DNA of 64,000 nucleotides from Candidatus Nealsonbacteria bacterium. GTDB taxonomy: Bacteria > Patescibacteriota > Minisyncoccia > Minisyncoccales > RBG-13-42-11. Shown here piece after piece: positions 24,396 to 33,734 of the stretch; positions within the stretch are counted from its first letter, which is position 1, and every line of letters starts with the position of its first letter. The notes under the pieces are model-generated. The model ran no database searches. It was given only the letters and a program-made list of their open reading frames with translations, and was not told where the DNA came from. The stretch lies in contig JAPLXL010000005.1 of the NCBI GenBank assembly GCA_026396115.1, positions 66,967-130,966 of the forward strand, in the 5' to 3' direction. The position numbers and the translations under genes are program-made.

Positions 24396-26045
24396 ATGCC
24401 CATACTTAATTGGATTGGGAAAGAGAAAATTGTAAATCACGATAAAGAAGTGCCGTTTCGGCTCCTGAGGAAGAATAAAAAATACTCGCTCGGGAAGAGC
24501 GAGAATTTAATTATTGAAGGAGATAATTTGGAGGCATTAAAAGCATTAATGCCTTTTTATTATGGAAAAATTAAATGCATATATATTGATCCTCCATATA
24601 ATACCGGCAAAGAGAAGTGGGTTTACAATGATAAAGTTAATGCGCCAAAAATAAAAGAATGGCTTGATAGAGTAGTTGGACCAGAAGGAGAAGATTTATG
24701 TCGTCATGATAAATGGCTCTGTATGATGTATCCAAGATTAAAATTATTAAAAGATTTATTGAGCAATGATGGAGTAATTTTTGTAAGTATTGATGATAAT
24801 GAATTAACCAATCTAAAAACAGTCATGGATGATATTTTTGGAGTTAAGAATATAGTAGCCAATATTATTGTGCAAAGTAATCCAAGGGGAAAGCAACAGA
24901 TGAAAATCGCGGTGACACACGAATATCTATTAGTATATGCGAAAGATATAACCAAAGTAAAATTAAAAGACGCTGAATTGACGGAAAAGCAAATAAAAGA
25001 ATATAACAAAGTAGATGATAATGGAAGAAGATACAGAGAAATCGGCTTAAGAAAAAGGGGTGCGGCGGCTAGAAGGGTTGATGTCCCAAATTTATTTTAT
25101 CCAATTTATATTAATCCAAAAACAGACGCTGTCTCTTTAACACAAAGTAAATATTTTACTAAAAAATCCATACCCTTGTTAAGTAATAATGAAGAGGGTA
25201 GGTGGCGGTGGAGTAAAAAGAAATTTGGAAATAATAAAGATAAGTTAATTGGTAGAATAGTAAATGGTAACAAATGGGACGTTTTTGAAATGGATTATTT
25301 GTTAAAAGAAGATGAACAAAAATTAACAAAATATAAATCTGTATGGGTAGATAAAGAATTAAATTATGAAAAAGCCAAGGATCTTCTTAAACAGATATTT
25401 AATGGCAGGTCACCATTTGATTATCCTAAAACAACCTTTTTATTAAAAAGAATTATACAATTAATTACTAATCAAGAAGATTTAATTCTTGATTCTTTCG
25501 CTGGATCAGGAACTACTGGCCATGCTGTTTTAGATTTTAATAAAGAAGATGGCGGAAATAGGAAATTTATTTTAGTGGAGTTAGAAAAAAATATTGCAAA
25601 AAAAATTACTGCAGAACGAATAAAGAGAGTTATTCGAGGATATTTCTATAAAAAAAATAGGGGAGAAAAGATAAGAGTTAAAGGACTTGGTGGCGGGTTT
25701 GAATATGTAGAACTTGGTGAGCCACTTTTTAATGAAAACGGAATGATAAACGAAAAGGTTAGTTATGGCGATATGGCAAGATATATATTTTTTACAGAAA
25801 CCCATACAAACTTAGAAAGTAGAAACATTAAAGAAAATTATTTAGGAAGATACGGAGATTATCATTATTTCCTTCTTTTCGATGGAATTAAAAACAATAT
25901 ACTAAACAGGAAATTTCTAAAAGAAATTAAAAAGAAAGACGGCAAGAAGATTGTTTACGCAGATAAATGTTTATTAGACGAAGATATACTAGAGAAACAC
26001 CAAATTATTTTTAAACAGATACCGTACGAAGTGAAAATTTATTAA
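24396..26045 (+). CDS. mod: Type III restriction-modification methyltransferase (Mod)
   Basis: LNWIGKE N-terminus, IEGDNLEALKAL, IYIDPPYNTG (motif IV) before FAGSGTTGHAV (motif I), which is the beta-class order. Confidence 0.9.
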   Translation: MPILNWIGKEKIVNHDKEVPFRLLRKNKKYSLGKSENLIIEGDNLEALKALMPFYYGKIKCIYIDPPYNTGKEKWVYNDKVNAPKIKEWLDRVVGPEGEDLCRHDKWLCMMYPRLKLLKDLLSNDGVIFVSIDDNELTNLKTVMDDIFGVKNIVANIIVQSNPRGKQQMKIAVTHEYLLVYAKDITKVKLKDAELTEKQIKEYNKVDDNGRRYREIGLRKRGAAARRVDVPNLFYPIYINPKTDAVSLTQSKYFTKKSIPLLSNNEEGRWRWSKKKFGNNKDKLIGRIVNGNKWDVFEMDYLLKEDEQKLTKYKSVWVDKELNYEKAKDLLKQIFNGRSPFDYPKTTFLLKRIIQLITNQEDLILDSFAGSGTTGHAVLDFNKEDGGNRKFILVELEKNIAKKITAERIKRVIRGYFYKKNRGEKIRVKGLGGGFEYVELGEPLFNENGMINEKVSYGDMARYIFFTETHTNLESRNIKENYLGRYGDYHYFLLFDGIKNNILNRKFLKEIKKKDGKKIVYADKCLLDEDILEKHQIIFKQIPYEVKIY

Positions 26046-26047
26046 AC

Positions 26048-26464
26048 ATGGAATCAGCAAGAGAAAAGTTAATAAAGTTAATAGTAGCAGGCCAAAAGTC
26101 TGAGGAAAATAAGAAGTTCGGTGAATTTATTGTACAGACAAATAAAGTACAATTTTATTTATCCATACTTGTAGTACTGCAATCCTTTTTTCCCGATAAA
26201 AAGTATCGTGAATATGTTGAAGGAGCAGAATTCGGTTCCGTAATTAATTTATTTTGTGCTTGTGGAAAAAATGAAGAAGGTACAGTTAAATTTATTAAAA
26301 GACTGAGAAAATATAAAAAACAGAGAAACAGGTTGGCTCATAAGATGTTTTCTGCTGAAAAATTAACCAAAAAGGAATGTGAGCAAGCAATCATTGAGGG
26401 AGAGAAAATATTAAAAGACCTTTCTGTTTTTATTAAAGAAAAATTACCAGGAATTGAGATTTAA
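26048..26464 (+). CDS. small alpha-helical HEPN-like protein embedded between mod and res
   Basis: 138 aa. KKQRNRLAHKMF contains an Rx4H motif near the C-terminal third, as in minimal HEPN domains. 2-nt and 14-nt gaps to its neighbours. Confidence 0.45.
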   Translation: MESAREKLIKLIVAGQKSEENKKFGEFIVQTNKVQFYLSILVVLQSFFPDKKYREYVEGAEFGSVINLFCACGKNEEGTVKFIKRLRKYKKQRNRLAHKMFSAEKLTKKECEQAIIEGEKILKDLSVFIKEKLPGIEI

Positions 26465-26478
26465 AATTGTTGTAATAT

Positions 26479-28770
26479 ATGGAGCTTAAAAAATATCAGC
26501 AAAAAACACTAGATGAATTGCAGGAATATATTTTAGAGATGAGAAAATACGACACCGAAAAGGCGGCGGGTTTTGCGTTTATGATAAAAACAGATAAGCC
26601 ATATAATTGGTTGCCGGAGATTGGAAATAGCCCTTTTGTCTGTATCAAAGTTCCAACTGCGGGCGGCAAAACACTGATTGCCGTTTATGCGGTTGGATTA
26701 ATCTTGAAAGAATTTCTTTCGGAAAAAAATGATAGGGGATTGGTGATGTGGTTCGTGCCTTCGGATGCGATAAAAACACAAACCATTAATAACTTACGCA
26801 ATAAAAATCATCCATATAGGGAAGTCTTAGATAAAAGATTTAATAACGCAGTAAAAGTTTTTGACTTATCAGAAGCAAAATCTATTAAAAAGGATGACCT
26901 AATAGATAACCTTTGTATTATTATTTCTACTTTAAGCGCTTTCAGGCGGACCAATAAAGAATGGTTAAAAGTTTATCAAGATAATGGCAGTTTAATGGAG
27001 CATTTTGAGGGATTAAATAGTGATGATTTTGAATTTTTAGATAAAGACAAATCGGGAGAAATTAAATATTCTCTTTCAAATGTTATTAAATTGCATAACC
27101 CGTTAGTTATTGCTGATGAGGGTCATAGGGTTCAAACGCCTCTTTCATACGAGATGCTAAAAGATATTAACCCATCTTTTGTTTTAGAGTTTACTGCAAC
27201 ACCGAAAGGACAGAGTAACGTACTTGTGAATATTTTGGCCCGCGAATTAAAGAATGAAAAAATGATAAAAATGCCAATCTATTTGGCTAATAAAATGCCG
27301 TGGCAAGAAACGATTTATGAGGGAATTGAAAAAAGAAATAACTTGGAAAAAATTACTAAGAAAAACAAAGAAGTTTATATAAGACCGATTATGCTGATAC
27401 AAGCAGAGCAAGAAAAGGAAAATCGTAATAAAATTTATGTGGAAAAGATTCGCCAGTTTTTAATTAGTGAGGTAAAAATTCCAACAGAAGAGATCGCAGT
27501 TCAAACTAGCAAAACAAAAGAACTCCCAGTCTTAGAGATTCTTTCGAACAAAAGTTGTCCAATTAGGTATATTATTACTGTAAATGCTCTTCGCGAAGGA
27601 TGGGATTGCCCTTTTGCTTATATTTTAGTATCTGTTTCTAATTTAGGAGCTAGAATTGCAGTTGAACAGACAATAGGTAGAATTATGAGACTTCCATATG
27701 CGAAAGAACAAAATAATGCAGCTTTAAATTCTGCATATATTTTTGCCTCTACAAGAAACTTTAGCCAGACCTCAGAGATGGTGATTAAGGGATTACAAGA
27801 GAACGGTTACGAAGATGTCGTGCCCATAAAAAGTGGGGTTTCTATTATTAAGAATGAATTTCAAAAGAAGGTAAGCGATAAGAATATTATTGTCCCATAT
27901 ACCAATATTAAAGAAGGTTCTATTTTTAGGAAATTAGATTATGCGGGGGATTTAATAGGAAACGAATCTGTTTTAGAAACTAAGAATGTAGATATTGATT
28001 TTCAGATAATTGATGATAGCCAAATTATAAAAATTGATATTGGACAAGATGATCAACTTATGCGGGAAACCGTAGGAAAATTAGGCTTAATATATCATTA
28101 CAAAGATTTTACTAAAGATGATTTATTGTTATGGTTCCAAAGGAAAATACAGAGGAGTTTCATTTCAATGGAAGAAATGAAAAATTATTTAGAGAAAATT
28201 ATAGAAAGTTTGCTTGGAAAATATAAATTAAACCAATTAAGTGTTCATCGGTACAAAATCAAAGAAGTTATAGAAAAACAAATTAACCAAATCATTGATA
28301 GTGTAACTACCCAAAAGTTTAACAAATTAGCAGAGAAAGGATTAATTATTACTAAAGGAGAAGGTTTTGTGTTTTCCGATAAAATTGAATTATTAAGTCT
28401 CTGCTCTGACAATTTTAAAAAACATTTATATGAAAAAGCTGGGAAAATGAATAAAGAAGAATTAGATTTAGCTTATAGAATTGATGGTCTTTCAAATATA
28501 TTTTGGTGGTTTCGAAATCCTGAAAATAATGGGTTTCATATTCAAGGATGGTTAAAGAACAAATTTTATCCTGATTTTATTGTAAAAACAAAAAAATCAA
28601 ATTATTTCATATTAGAGTATAAAGGAGAACATTTAATGGGTTCAGAAGAGACCGATTACAAGAAAGCCATTGGTAAAAATTGGGAAAGATTGAGTAATGG
28701 TAAATATTGTTTTGAGTTAGTTGATAAAAAGAATATAGATAAGATTATAGATAAAATTTCTAAATTATAG
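26479..28770 (+). CDS. res: Type III restriction endonuclease (Res), helicase + PD-(D/E)xK
   Basis: Walker A KVPTAGGKTLIA, DEAH-like VIADEGHR, motif VI TIGRIMRL, C-terminal YPDFIV...ILEYKG. Confidence 0.9.
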   Translation: MELKKYQQKTLDELQEYILEMRKYDTEKAAGFAFMIKTDKPYNWLPEIGNSPFVCIKVPTAGGKTLIAVYAVGLILKEFLSEKNDRGLVMWFVPSDAIKTQTINNLRNKNHPYREVLDKRFNNAVKVFDLSEAKSIKKDDLIDNLCIIISTLSAFRRTNKEWLKVYQDNGSLMEHFEGLNSDDFEFLDKDKSGEIKYSLSNVIKLHNPLVIADEGHRVQTPLSYEMLKDINPSFVLEFTATPKGQSNVLVNILARELKNEKMIKMPIYLANKMPWQETIYEGIEKRNNLEKITKKNKEVYIRPIMLIQAEQEKENRNKIYVEKIRQFLISEVKIPTEEIAVQTSKTKELPVLEILSNKSCPIRYIITVNALREGWDCPFAYILVSVSNLGARIAVEQTIGRIMRLPYAKEQNNAALNSAYIFASTRNFSQTSEMVIKGLQENGYEDVVPIKSGVSIIKNEFQKKVSDKNIIVPYTNIKEGSIFRKLDYAGDLIGNESVLETKNVDIDFQIIDDSQIIKIDIGQDDQLMRETVGKLGLIYHYKDFTKDDLLLWFQRKIQRSFISMEEMKNYLEKIIESLLGKYKLNQLSVHRYKIKEVIEKQINQIIDSVTTQKFNKLAEKGLIITKGEGFVFSDKIELLSLCSDNFKKHLYEKAGKMNKEELDLAYRIDGLSNIFWWFRNPENNGFHIQGWLKNKFYPDFIVKTKKSNYFILEYKGEHLMGSEETDYKKAIGKNWERLSNGKYCFELVDKKNIDKIIDKISKL

Positions 28771-28772
28771 TT

Positions 28773-28806
28773 AAAAAGTCGAAAAATTAATTAAGAAATA
28801 AAAAAG
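28773..28806 (+). repeat. junction repeat type D (variant)
   Basis: aaaaagtcgaaaAATTAATTAAGAAATAAAAAA. Confidence 0.4.
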
Positions 28807-28838
28807 GTTGCTAAAATTTAAATTATATTTTAAAAATT

Positions 28839-29159
28839 ATGGCATTAATTAAATGTCCAGAATGTGGACACGAAGTCTCTGATGAGGCTTTATCTTGTCC
28901 AAACTGTGGTCATCCTCTAAAATCAATAAATCAGATTACACAACAATCACCTGTTACAATTGAGCAAACTGCGAAAAAATGGAAAGTGGTCAAGCTTGTA
29001 TCAGCTATATTTATGATTATCGGGCTCTTCCTTTTTCTTAGGGGCTTGTCAGCGGGAGGATTCGAAAATGCTAAAACCGGTCTAGGCTTTTTTATTGCTT
29101 TTGTGTCATTTATAGGTCTTTTAGTTGGTAAATTCGGGGCGTGGTGGACTAATAGATAA
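28839..29159 (+). CDS. zinc-ribbon membrane protein
   Basis: CPECGHEVSDEALSCPNCGH followed by two TM helices. Confidence 0.6.
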   Translation: MALIKCPECGHEVSDEALSCPNCGHPLKSINQITQQSPVTIEQTAKKWKVVKLVSAIFMIIGLFLFLRGLSAGGFENAKTGLGFFIAFVSFIGLLVGKFGAWWTNR

Positions 29160-29192
29160 TTTTTTACTTGATCAAATATTAACTGTTGCTGA

Positions 29193-29297
29193 TCTTTGGA
29201 GATCAGACCTCGTAATAAATACGAAAAACAAATCGACCAAATGGTTTATAAACTCTACGGCCTCACTCCGGAGGAGATAAAGATTATTGAAGAATAG
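29193..29297 (+). pseudogene. C-terminal remnant of a Type IIG/Eco57I-like R-M (or PglX-like) methyltransferase
   Basis: The open frame after stop 29190-29192 reads SLEIRPRNKYEKQIDQMVYKLYGLTPEEIKIIEE*. This is the characteristic LVYxLYGLTxEEIxIIE tail of that family. No upstream body is present. Confidence 0.55.
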
Positions 29298-29301
29298 AAT
29301 A

Positions 29302-30066
29302 ATGATGATTATAAAATGGGAGAAAATTAAATCTTTGCTTTTATTAAAATCGAATTGGTTTTTTATTATTTTTTTATTAACTTCTGCGGTTTTTATATTA
29401 TGGTTATTTTATATTTTTGGACACCAAATTTTTATAGAGACAATAAATGAATTCTTTCCTTGGGACGGCTGGAATACCGTATCTGCAATCGCTCTAATTA
29501 TTACAGCTATTGCGATTGGATGTCAGGCTTATTATACAAGAAAATATATGGAATTTGCGGTGACACCAAAGGTTTTTTTTACTATTCGGTCTATTGCGAG
29601 ATTAGAGTTAGAAGAAAAGTTTAAAGAGATCATCAATTTCTCCGAAAGAGAAAAATTAATTAAAGAAGAGTTAAATAAAAAATCTATAGATGAAAAACTG
29701 CAAGCTTATTTTTTTGTTAAAAATAACTCAAAATTTCCAGTTCTGTTTAGAGTGAAAATAGATTATAAAGACGAAGGACGAATAATAAAACACGTTAATC
29801 ATTATTGGGGAAACCCATTACATATTTATCCTGGTCTTATGCGGTATCCAGGTGTTATTGTTTTAAAAGACGTAATAGGCCCTGATAAAGATTATAAAGG
29901 AAAAACAATTATTGCTCATATTATGTATACTTATAGTCCAAGATTTGCACCAAGAATAAACTATGGAACATTTTCGGAACCATGGTGTTTTGATTTAGAA
30001 GAATTTAGATGGAGTGGACCAGAGGGTATTAAAGAAGAAAATCTAAACATCTTTAAAAGAGAGTAG
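29302..30066 (+). CDS. membrane protein (2 TM) with C-terminal soluble domain, hypothetical
   Basis: The track start is TTG 29287; I prefer ATG 29302. No recognisable motif. Confidence 0.5.
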   Translation: MMIIKWEKIKSLLLLKSNWFFIIFLLTSAVFILWLFYIFGHQIFIETINEFFPWDGWNTVSAIALIITAIAIGCQAYYTRKYMEFAVTPKVFFTIRSIARLELEEKFKEIINFSEREKLIKEELNKKSIDEKLQAYFFVKNNSKFPVLFRVKIDYKDEGRIIKHVNHYWGNPLHIYPGLMRYPGVIVLKDVIGPDKDYKGKTIIAHIMYTYSPRFAPRINYGTFSEPWCFDLEEFRWSGPEGIKEENLNIFKRE

Positions 30067-30107
30067 CTATATCTTGATTTTTTATTCATTACTAAAACAA
30101 GCCAAAC

Positions 30108-30140
30108 AAAAAGTCGAAGAATTAATTGAGAAATAAAATT
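30108..30140 (+). repeat. junction repeat type D
   Basis: aaaaagtcgaagAATTAATTGAGAAATAAAATT, immediately followed by ATG 30141 (15-codon uORF). Confidence 0.55.
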
Positions 30141-30180
30141 ATGGAAGAAGAAAGAAAACAAATCTGTAAAAATATGCCCT

Positions 30181-31260
30181 ATGTCTGATCCAGAAATACC
30201 TAAAATTGTATATTTATTTGGTGCAGGGGCAACTCATGCTGAAAAATTGCTTGAATGCAAAATAAAAGGAACTGGATTCAATGAACTCGGAGAATTAGAA
30301 AGGGGTGGTCTACTTGCCAGTGATATATCCAAGAGAGTGATTGATAAATTATTCCACGATAAGCCAGAAATTGCTAACGATTATGGCATTACCAAATTAT
30401 CCATTGATGATCCTAGACTAATCGAAAATGCAGATATCGAATTATTAATTTCGTTAGTTGAGACCTTAAAAACTGATAAATCTGAAAATGATGTTAAATT
30501 CTTAAAAGATTTTTTTAAAAAGGAGATTTCCGAAAACCTTTTAGTGGATGGAAATAATATTATTCCGAGATTATATAGTTCACTGCTTGAACTTCATGGG
30601 TTAATAGGGCACGAAGAACAGCTTATTGGATTTTTAACTTTGAACTACGATTCACTTTTTGAAAAATCATTTGAATTAATTAATAAAATACGATTTAATT
30701 ATGGATTGGCTATTGGAAATCCACCGATAAGTTGTAAACCAGAAGATTCTTATTTACTGAAATTGCATGGATCTTTCGATTGGTATCTCGATCTAGATAA
30801 TAATAAAATTATCATATCGACAAAGCAATCCGAGGAGCCACTATGGATTCCCCCGAGATTAAATAAAGAATATCTTGATTACCCATACAATTTAATTCAT
30901 GGAAAAGCATACGAATTATTAGGTCAATGTGATATTCTAAGGGTAGTAGGGTGTTCGTTAAATCAAAATGATATTAGATTGATTTCGTTATTATTCAAGA
31001 CCCAGAGGTTGAAACGATTAAAACCATATTTGATAGAAATTATTTCTCCTCCGGAAGCATGCCTTGATATTATTAAGAGATTAGGTCTTATTTTATCTTT
31101 TGACGAATCTTTCTATGATAAAGGATGGAATAAGTTTGGGATCGATGCTGATAATTCTTTTTTAGACTGGCTTTATTATAGGGCTATGAATATACGAGAA
31201 AAAATATCATTAGAAGAAACAATATATTTAAAAGATGTAGAAAAATGGATAAACTTATAA
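30181..31260 (+). CDS. SIR2-like (SIR2_2 family) protein, putative NAD+ hydrolase effector
   Basis: KIVYLFGAGATHAE, FLTLNYDSLFE, LLKLHGSFDW, LRVVGCSLNQND. These match the Gly loop plus the N/D and H catalytic positions of defence SIR2 proteins. Confidence 0.7.
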   Translation: MSDPEIPKIVYLFGAGATHAEKLLECKIKGTGFNELGELERGGLLASDISKRVIDKLFHDKPEIANDYGITKLSIDDPRLIENADIELLISLVETLKTDKSENDVKFLKDFFKKEISENLLVDGNNIIPRLYSSLLELHGLIGHEEQLIGFLTLNYDSLFEKSFELINKIRFNYGLAIGNPPISCKPEDSYLLKLHGSFDWYLDLDNNKIIISTKQSEEPLWIPPRLNKEYLDYPYNLIHGKAYELLGQCDILRVVGCSLNQNDIRLISLLFKTQRLKRLKPYLIEIISPPEACLDIIKRLGLILSFDESFYDKGWNKFGIDADNSFLDWLYYRAMNIREKISLEETIYLKDVEKWINL

Positions 31261-32303
31261 AATTTAGCAAAAAAAGAGAAGTCGAATCTTGGAAAGTTGT
31301 AGATTTGATATCAAAAATAGAATCCGGAGAGCTTGATTTAGATACCGAATACCAAAGAGACATAATATGGTCAAAGTCTAAAAAAGCATTGCTGATAGAT
31401 TCAATATTAAAGGATATTGATATACCAAAAATTTATTTAGCATATTTTTTAAAAGAAAAAAAATATGAATGTATCGATGGAAAACAAAGAATCGCGTCAG
31501 TTTTAGATTTTTATAATAATGTTTTACAAACAACATCAGGAGAACGTTTTAAGGAGTTGCCAGATAAAAATATTTTTTTAAATTATCAGTTTTCTGTAAG
31601 TATTATTCGAGAACCTACACCTCAAGATATTTCTGAATTATTCTATAGATTAAACATAGGAGTCCCATTAAATGGGGGGGAATTAATTCATGCGATGAGA
31701 GGAGACATGATAGATTTTATATTTACTACAATCGGGGAAAAGGGACCGTTTATTGGTAAAGTAGGCATGAAACAATATAGGTTTTCAAGAGAAATTGCCC
31801 TAGCACAAATCATTATAAACTCAATTTTTTTTAGAGGAACGGGTGATTTTGTTAGAGCTAGATATGAAGACCTTTATAAATTTTTGAGCAAAGAAGAAAA
31901 TATAAAATTTGATTCAGTCGTTATAAAAAAAGTTAAAAAAATTGAATCAATCTTGCTTGAACTTGAAAGAATTTTTGGAAAAGACATTACTAGACTTAAC
32001 AGAAAATCAGCCATAGTATCTGCATATTTATTTTGCGAAGAAATGATAGAAAAAAAGAGCATAAAAGATTTAGAAAAATTCCCACAATTCTATTTACAAT
32101 TATTGGATGAGATAAAACAACAGGCGAATTTAATAAAAAAATATCGTACGCCTACAAAAAAAATACTCCTTGAAAGATTTCAAAAAAATCTTCAACAGGC
32201 TTCTGTTGAAGGATATTCAATAAAACGAAGACAAGAATTTTTAGAGGAAGCGTTTACCTATTATCTAAAAAACGGTAAAATAATAGGAGATAATATTACT
32301 TAA
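31245..32303 (+). CDS. DUF262 (ParB-like NTPase, GmrSD N-terminal type) protein
   Basis: LDTEYQRDIIWSKSKKALLIDSILKDIDIPKIYL, YECIDGKQRIASVLDF, LFYRLNIGVPLNGGELI. No HNH/DUF1524 half. 16-nt overlap with the SIR2 gene. Confidence 0.75.
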   Translation: MDKLIKFSKKREVESWKVVDLISKIESGELDLDTEYQRDIIWSKSKKALLIDSILKDIDIPKIYLAYFLKEKKYECIDGKQRIASVLDFYNNVLQTTSGERFKELPDKNIFLNYQFSVSIIREPTPQDISELFYRLNIGVPLNGGELIHAMRGDMIDFIFTTIGEKGPFIGKVGMKQYRFSREIALAQIIINSIFFRGTGDFVRARYEDLYKFLSKEENIKFDSVVIKKVKKIESILLELERIFGKDITRLNRKSAIVSAYLFCEEMIEKKSIKDLEKFPQFYLQLLDEIKQQANLIKKYRTPTKKILLERFQKNLQQASVEGYSIKRRQEFLEEAFTYYLKNGKIIGDNIT

Positions 32304-33538
32304 TTATTCCGCCATATTAAAACACTTTCTCTCGAAGGATTTCTTTTAAACCGTTGCATTTGCTGGGCGCTATTTCCCCTATATCTTGCAGTGAATATGG
32401 CATCGGTTGATAAACCCACTTGCTCTCCTATATCTGCTAATATTTTATCAACTGGGACATTGATACCTCCAAACCTGACATTACTTACAACAAGGGCGAT
32501 TTTCCCATTCTTCTTTAGGCAGTTTTTCATTCGAAGCAACGAAAGATACATATCTTCGAAATATCCTTCAATCATCTTTGGAACTTGTGAATTATTTAGT
32601 CCAGCCTTTCTAATTTTATTAATTAACGCATCAATAATTCTTGGCTTTTTATAGCCGTTTGCTTCAAATTGCTTTTTTGCCTCAACGTGAGATCTAAGAG
32701 TGTTATATCTAATCTTTTTTAGTTCATCATGATTTTTAATAAAGCCCACAATTAATTCGAGCCCGTATATTCTTGTATAGTCATGTCTATTTGGATATGG
32801 CGGAGAAGTAATGATCGCATCGAATTTTCTTTTTGTCTTCAATACTCTCGAGTCTGATATTTTAGCACCTACCTTTACGTCTGGAAATTTGAAATCATTT
32901 ATAAATTTCCCAACGTCATTAATCATCGCCTCAATCTTTAATAAAAATTGCCTAGTTACCTCACCATTAATAATTGTTTTTTTCTTAATCCGGAGAAAGC
33001 CGCCCGATTTTGAAGTGTTACTTACCGATTCTAAGATACTTAGCAATCCTAACATATAAAAATCTCTTACCTTAGGATTCCTAATTGTATCAATCTTGGA
33101 TTTTAGGCAAAGTAATTCTTTTTTTGTATTAGGACTAAAAGCTTCCCGTATGATTTTGATATCAGGTAAATCAATGTTTTTTCGTGATAAAAATCCCTTT
33201 TTGTAAAATCTTCCAAGATATCGCCTTAAAATTATAGGTTGATAGTTTCTTGTTTTGACATTAGATAAGAAAACAGAAAAAGGAAGTATGTCAAAACCTT
33301 CGGAATAAATGCCCATCTCCTTACATGCAAGAAGGGTCGTGCCGCCGCCACAGAAGGGATCCAAAACCCATGAATTTCTGCCAAGATTAAATTCGTCAAT
33401 CAACTTTTTTACCAATTCTCCGGAGTAGCTATGTTTAAAAGCATACCAGTTGTATCTTGGTTTATTACGGTCACTAAAAGGGGATATAAGTGGACCATAT
33501 TCATTTGTTTTTACAACAAGAGGAACGGTAGTAGGCAT
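32300..33538 (-). CDS. DNA methyltransferase (N6-adenine / N4-cytosine type)
   Basis: VLDPFCGGGTTLLA (motif I) precedes AIITSPPYPNRHDY (motif IV). I prefer ATG 33538 over the track TTG 33613. 4-nt tail-to-tail overlap with the DUF262 gene. Confidence 0.75.
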   Translation of the reverse strand: MPTTVPLVVKTNEYGPLISPFSDRNKPRYNWYAFKHSYSGELVKKLIDEFNLGRNSWVLDPFCGGGTTLLACKEMGIYSEGFDILPFSVFLSNVKTRNYQPIILRRYLGRFYKKGFLSRKNIDLPDIKIIREAFSPNTKKELLCLKSKIDTIRNPKVRDFYMLGLLSILESVSNTSKSGGFLRIKKKTIINGEVTRQFLLKIEAMINDVGKFINDFKFPDVKVGAKISDSRVLKTKRKFDAIITSPPYPNRHDYTRIYGLELIVGFIKNHDELKKIRYNTLRSHVEAKKQFEANGYKKPRIIDALINKIRKAGLNNSQVPKMIEGYFEDMYLSLLRMKNCLKKNGKIALVVSNVRFGGINVPVDKILADIGEQVGLSTDAIFTARYRGNSAQQMQRFKRNPSRESVLIWRNN

Positions 33539-33684
33539 ATTGCTTTCGTAGCGAGAAAATCTTATTATATTATAACAAATTGTGCAGTTTATGGTAAGAT
33601 AAACGTCGGACAAGGTATATTGTACAACTTTCTATAAATAGATACAAAATAAAAAAGTTGAGTTTATGAGAATGAGGCAAAAAA

Positions 33685-33708
33685 TACCAAATTTAGCCAG
33701 AAGTTGAG
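33685..33708 (+). repeat. junction repeat type C
   Basis: taccAAATTTAGCCAGAAGTTGAG. Confidence 0.45.
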
Positions 33709-33734
33709 AAAATTCACTGAAATTTTTATTAAAA

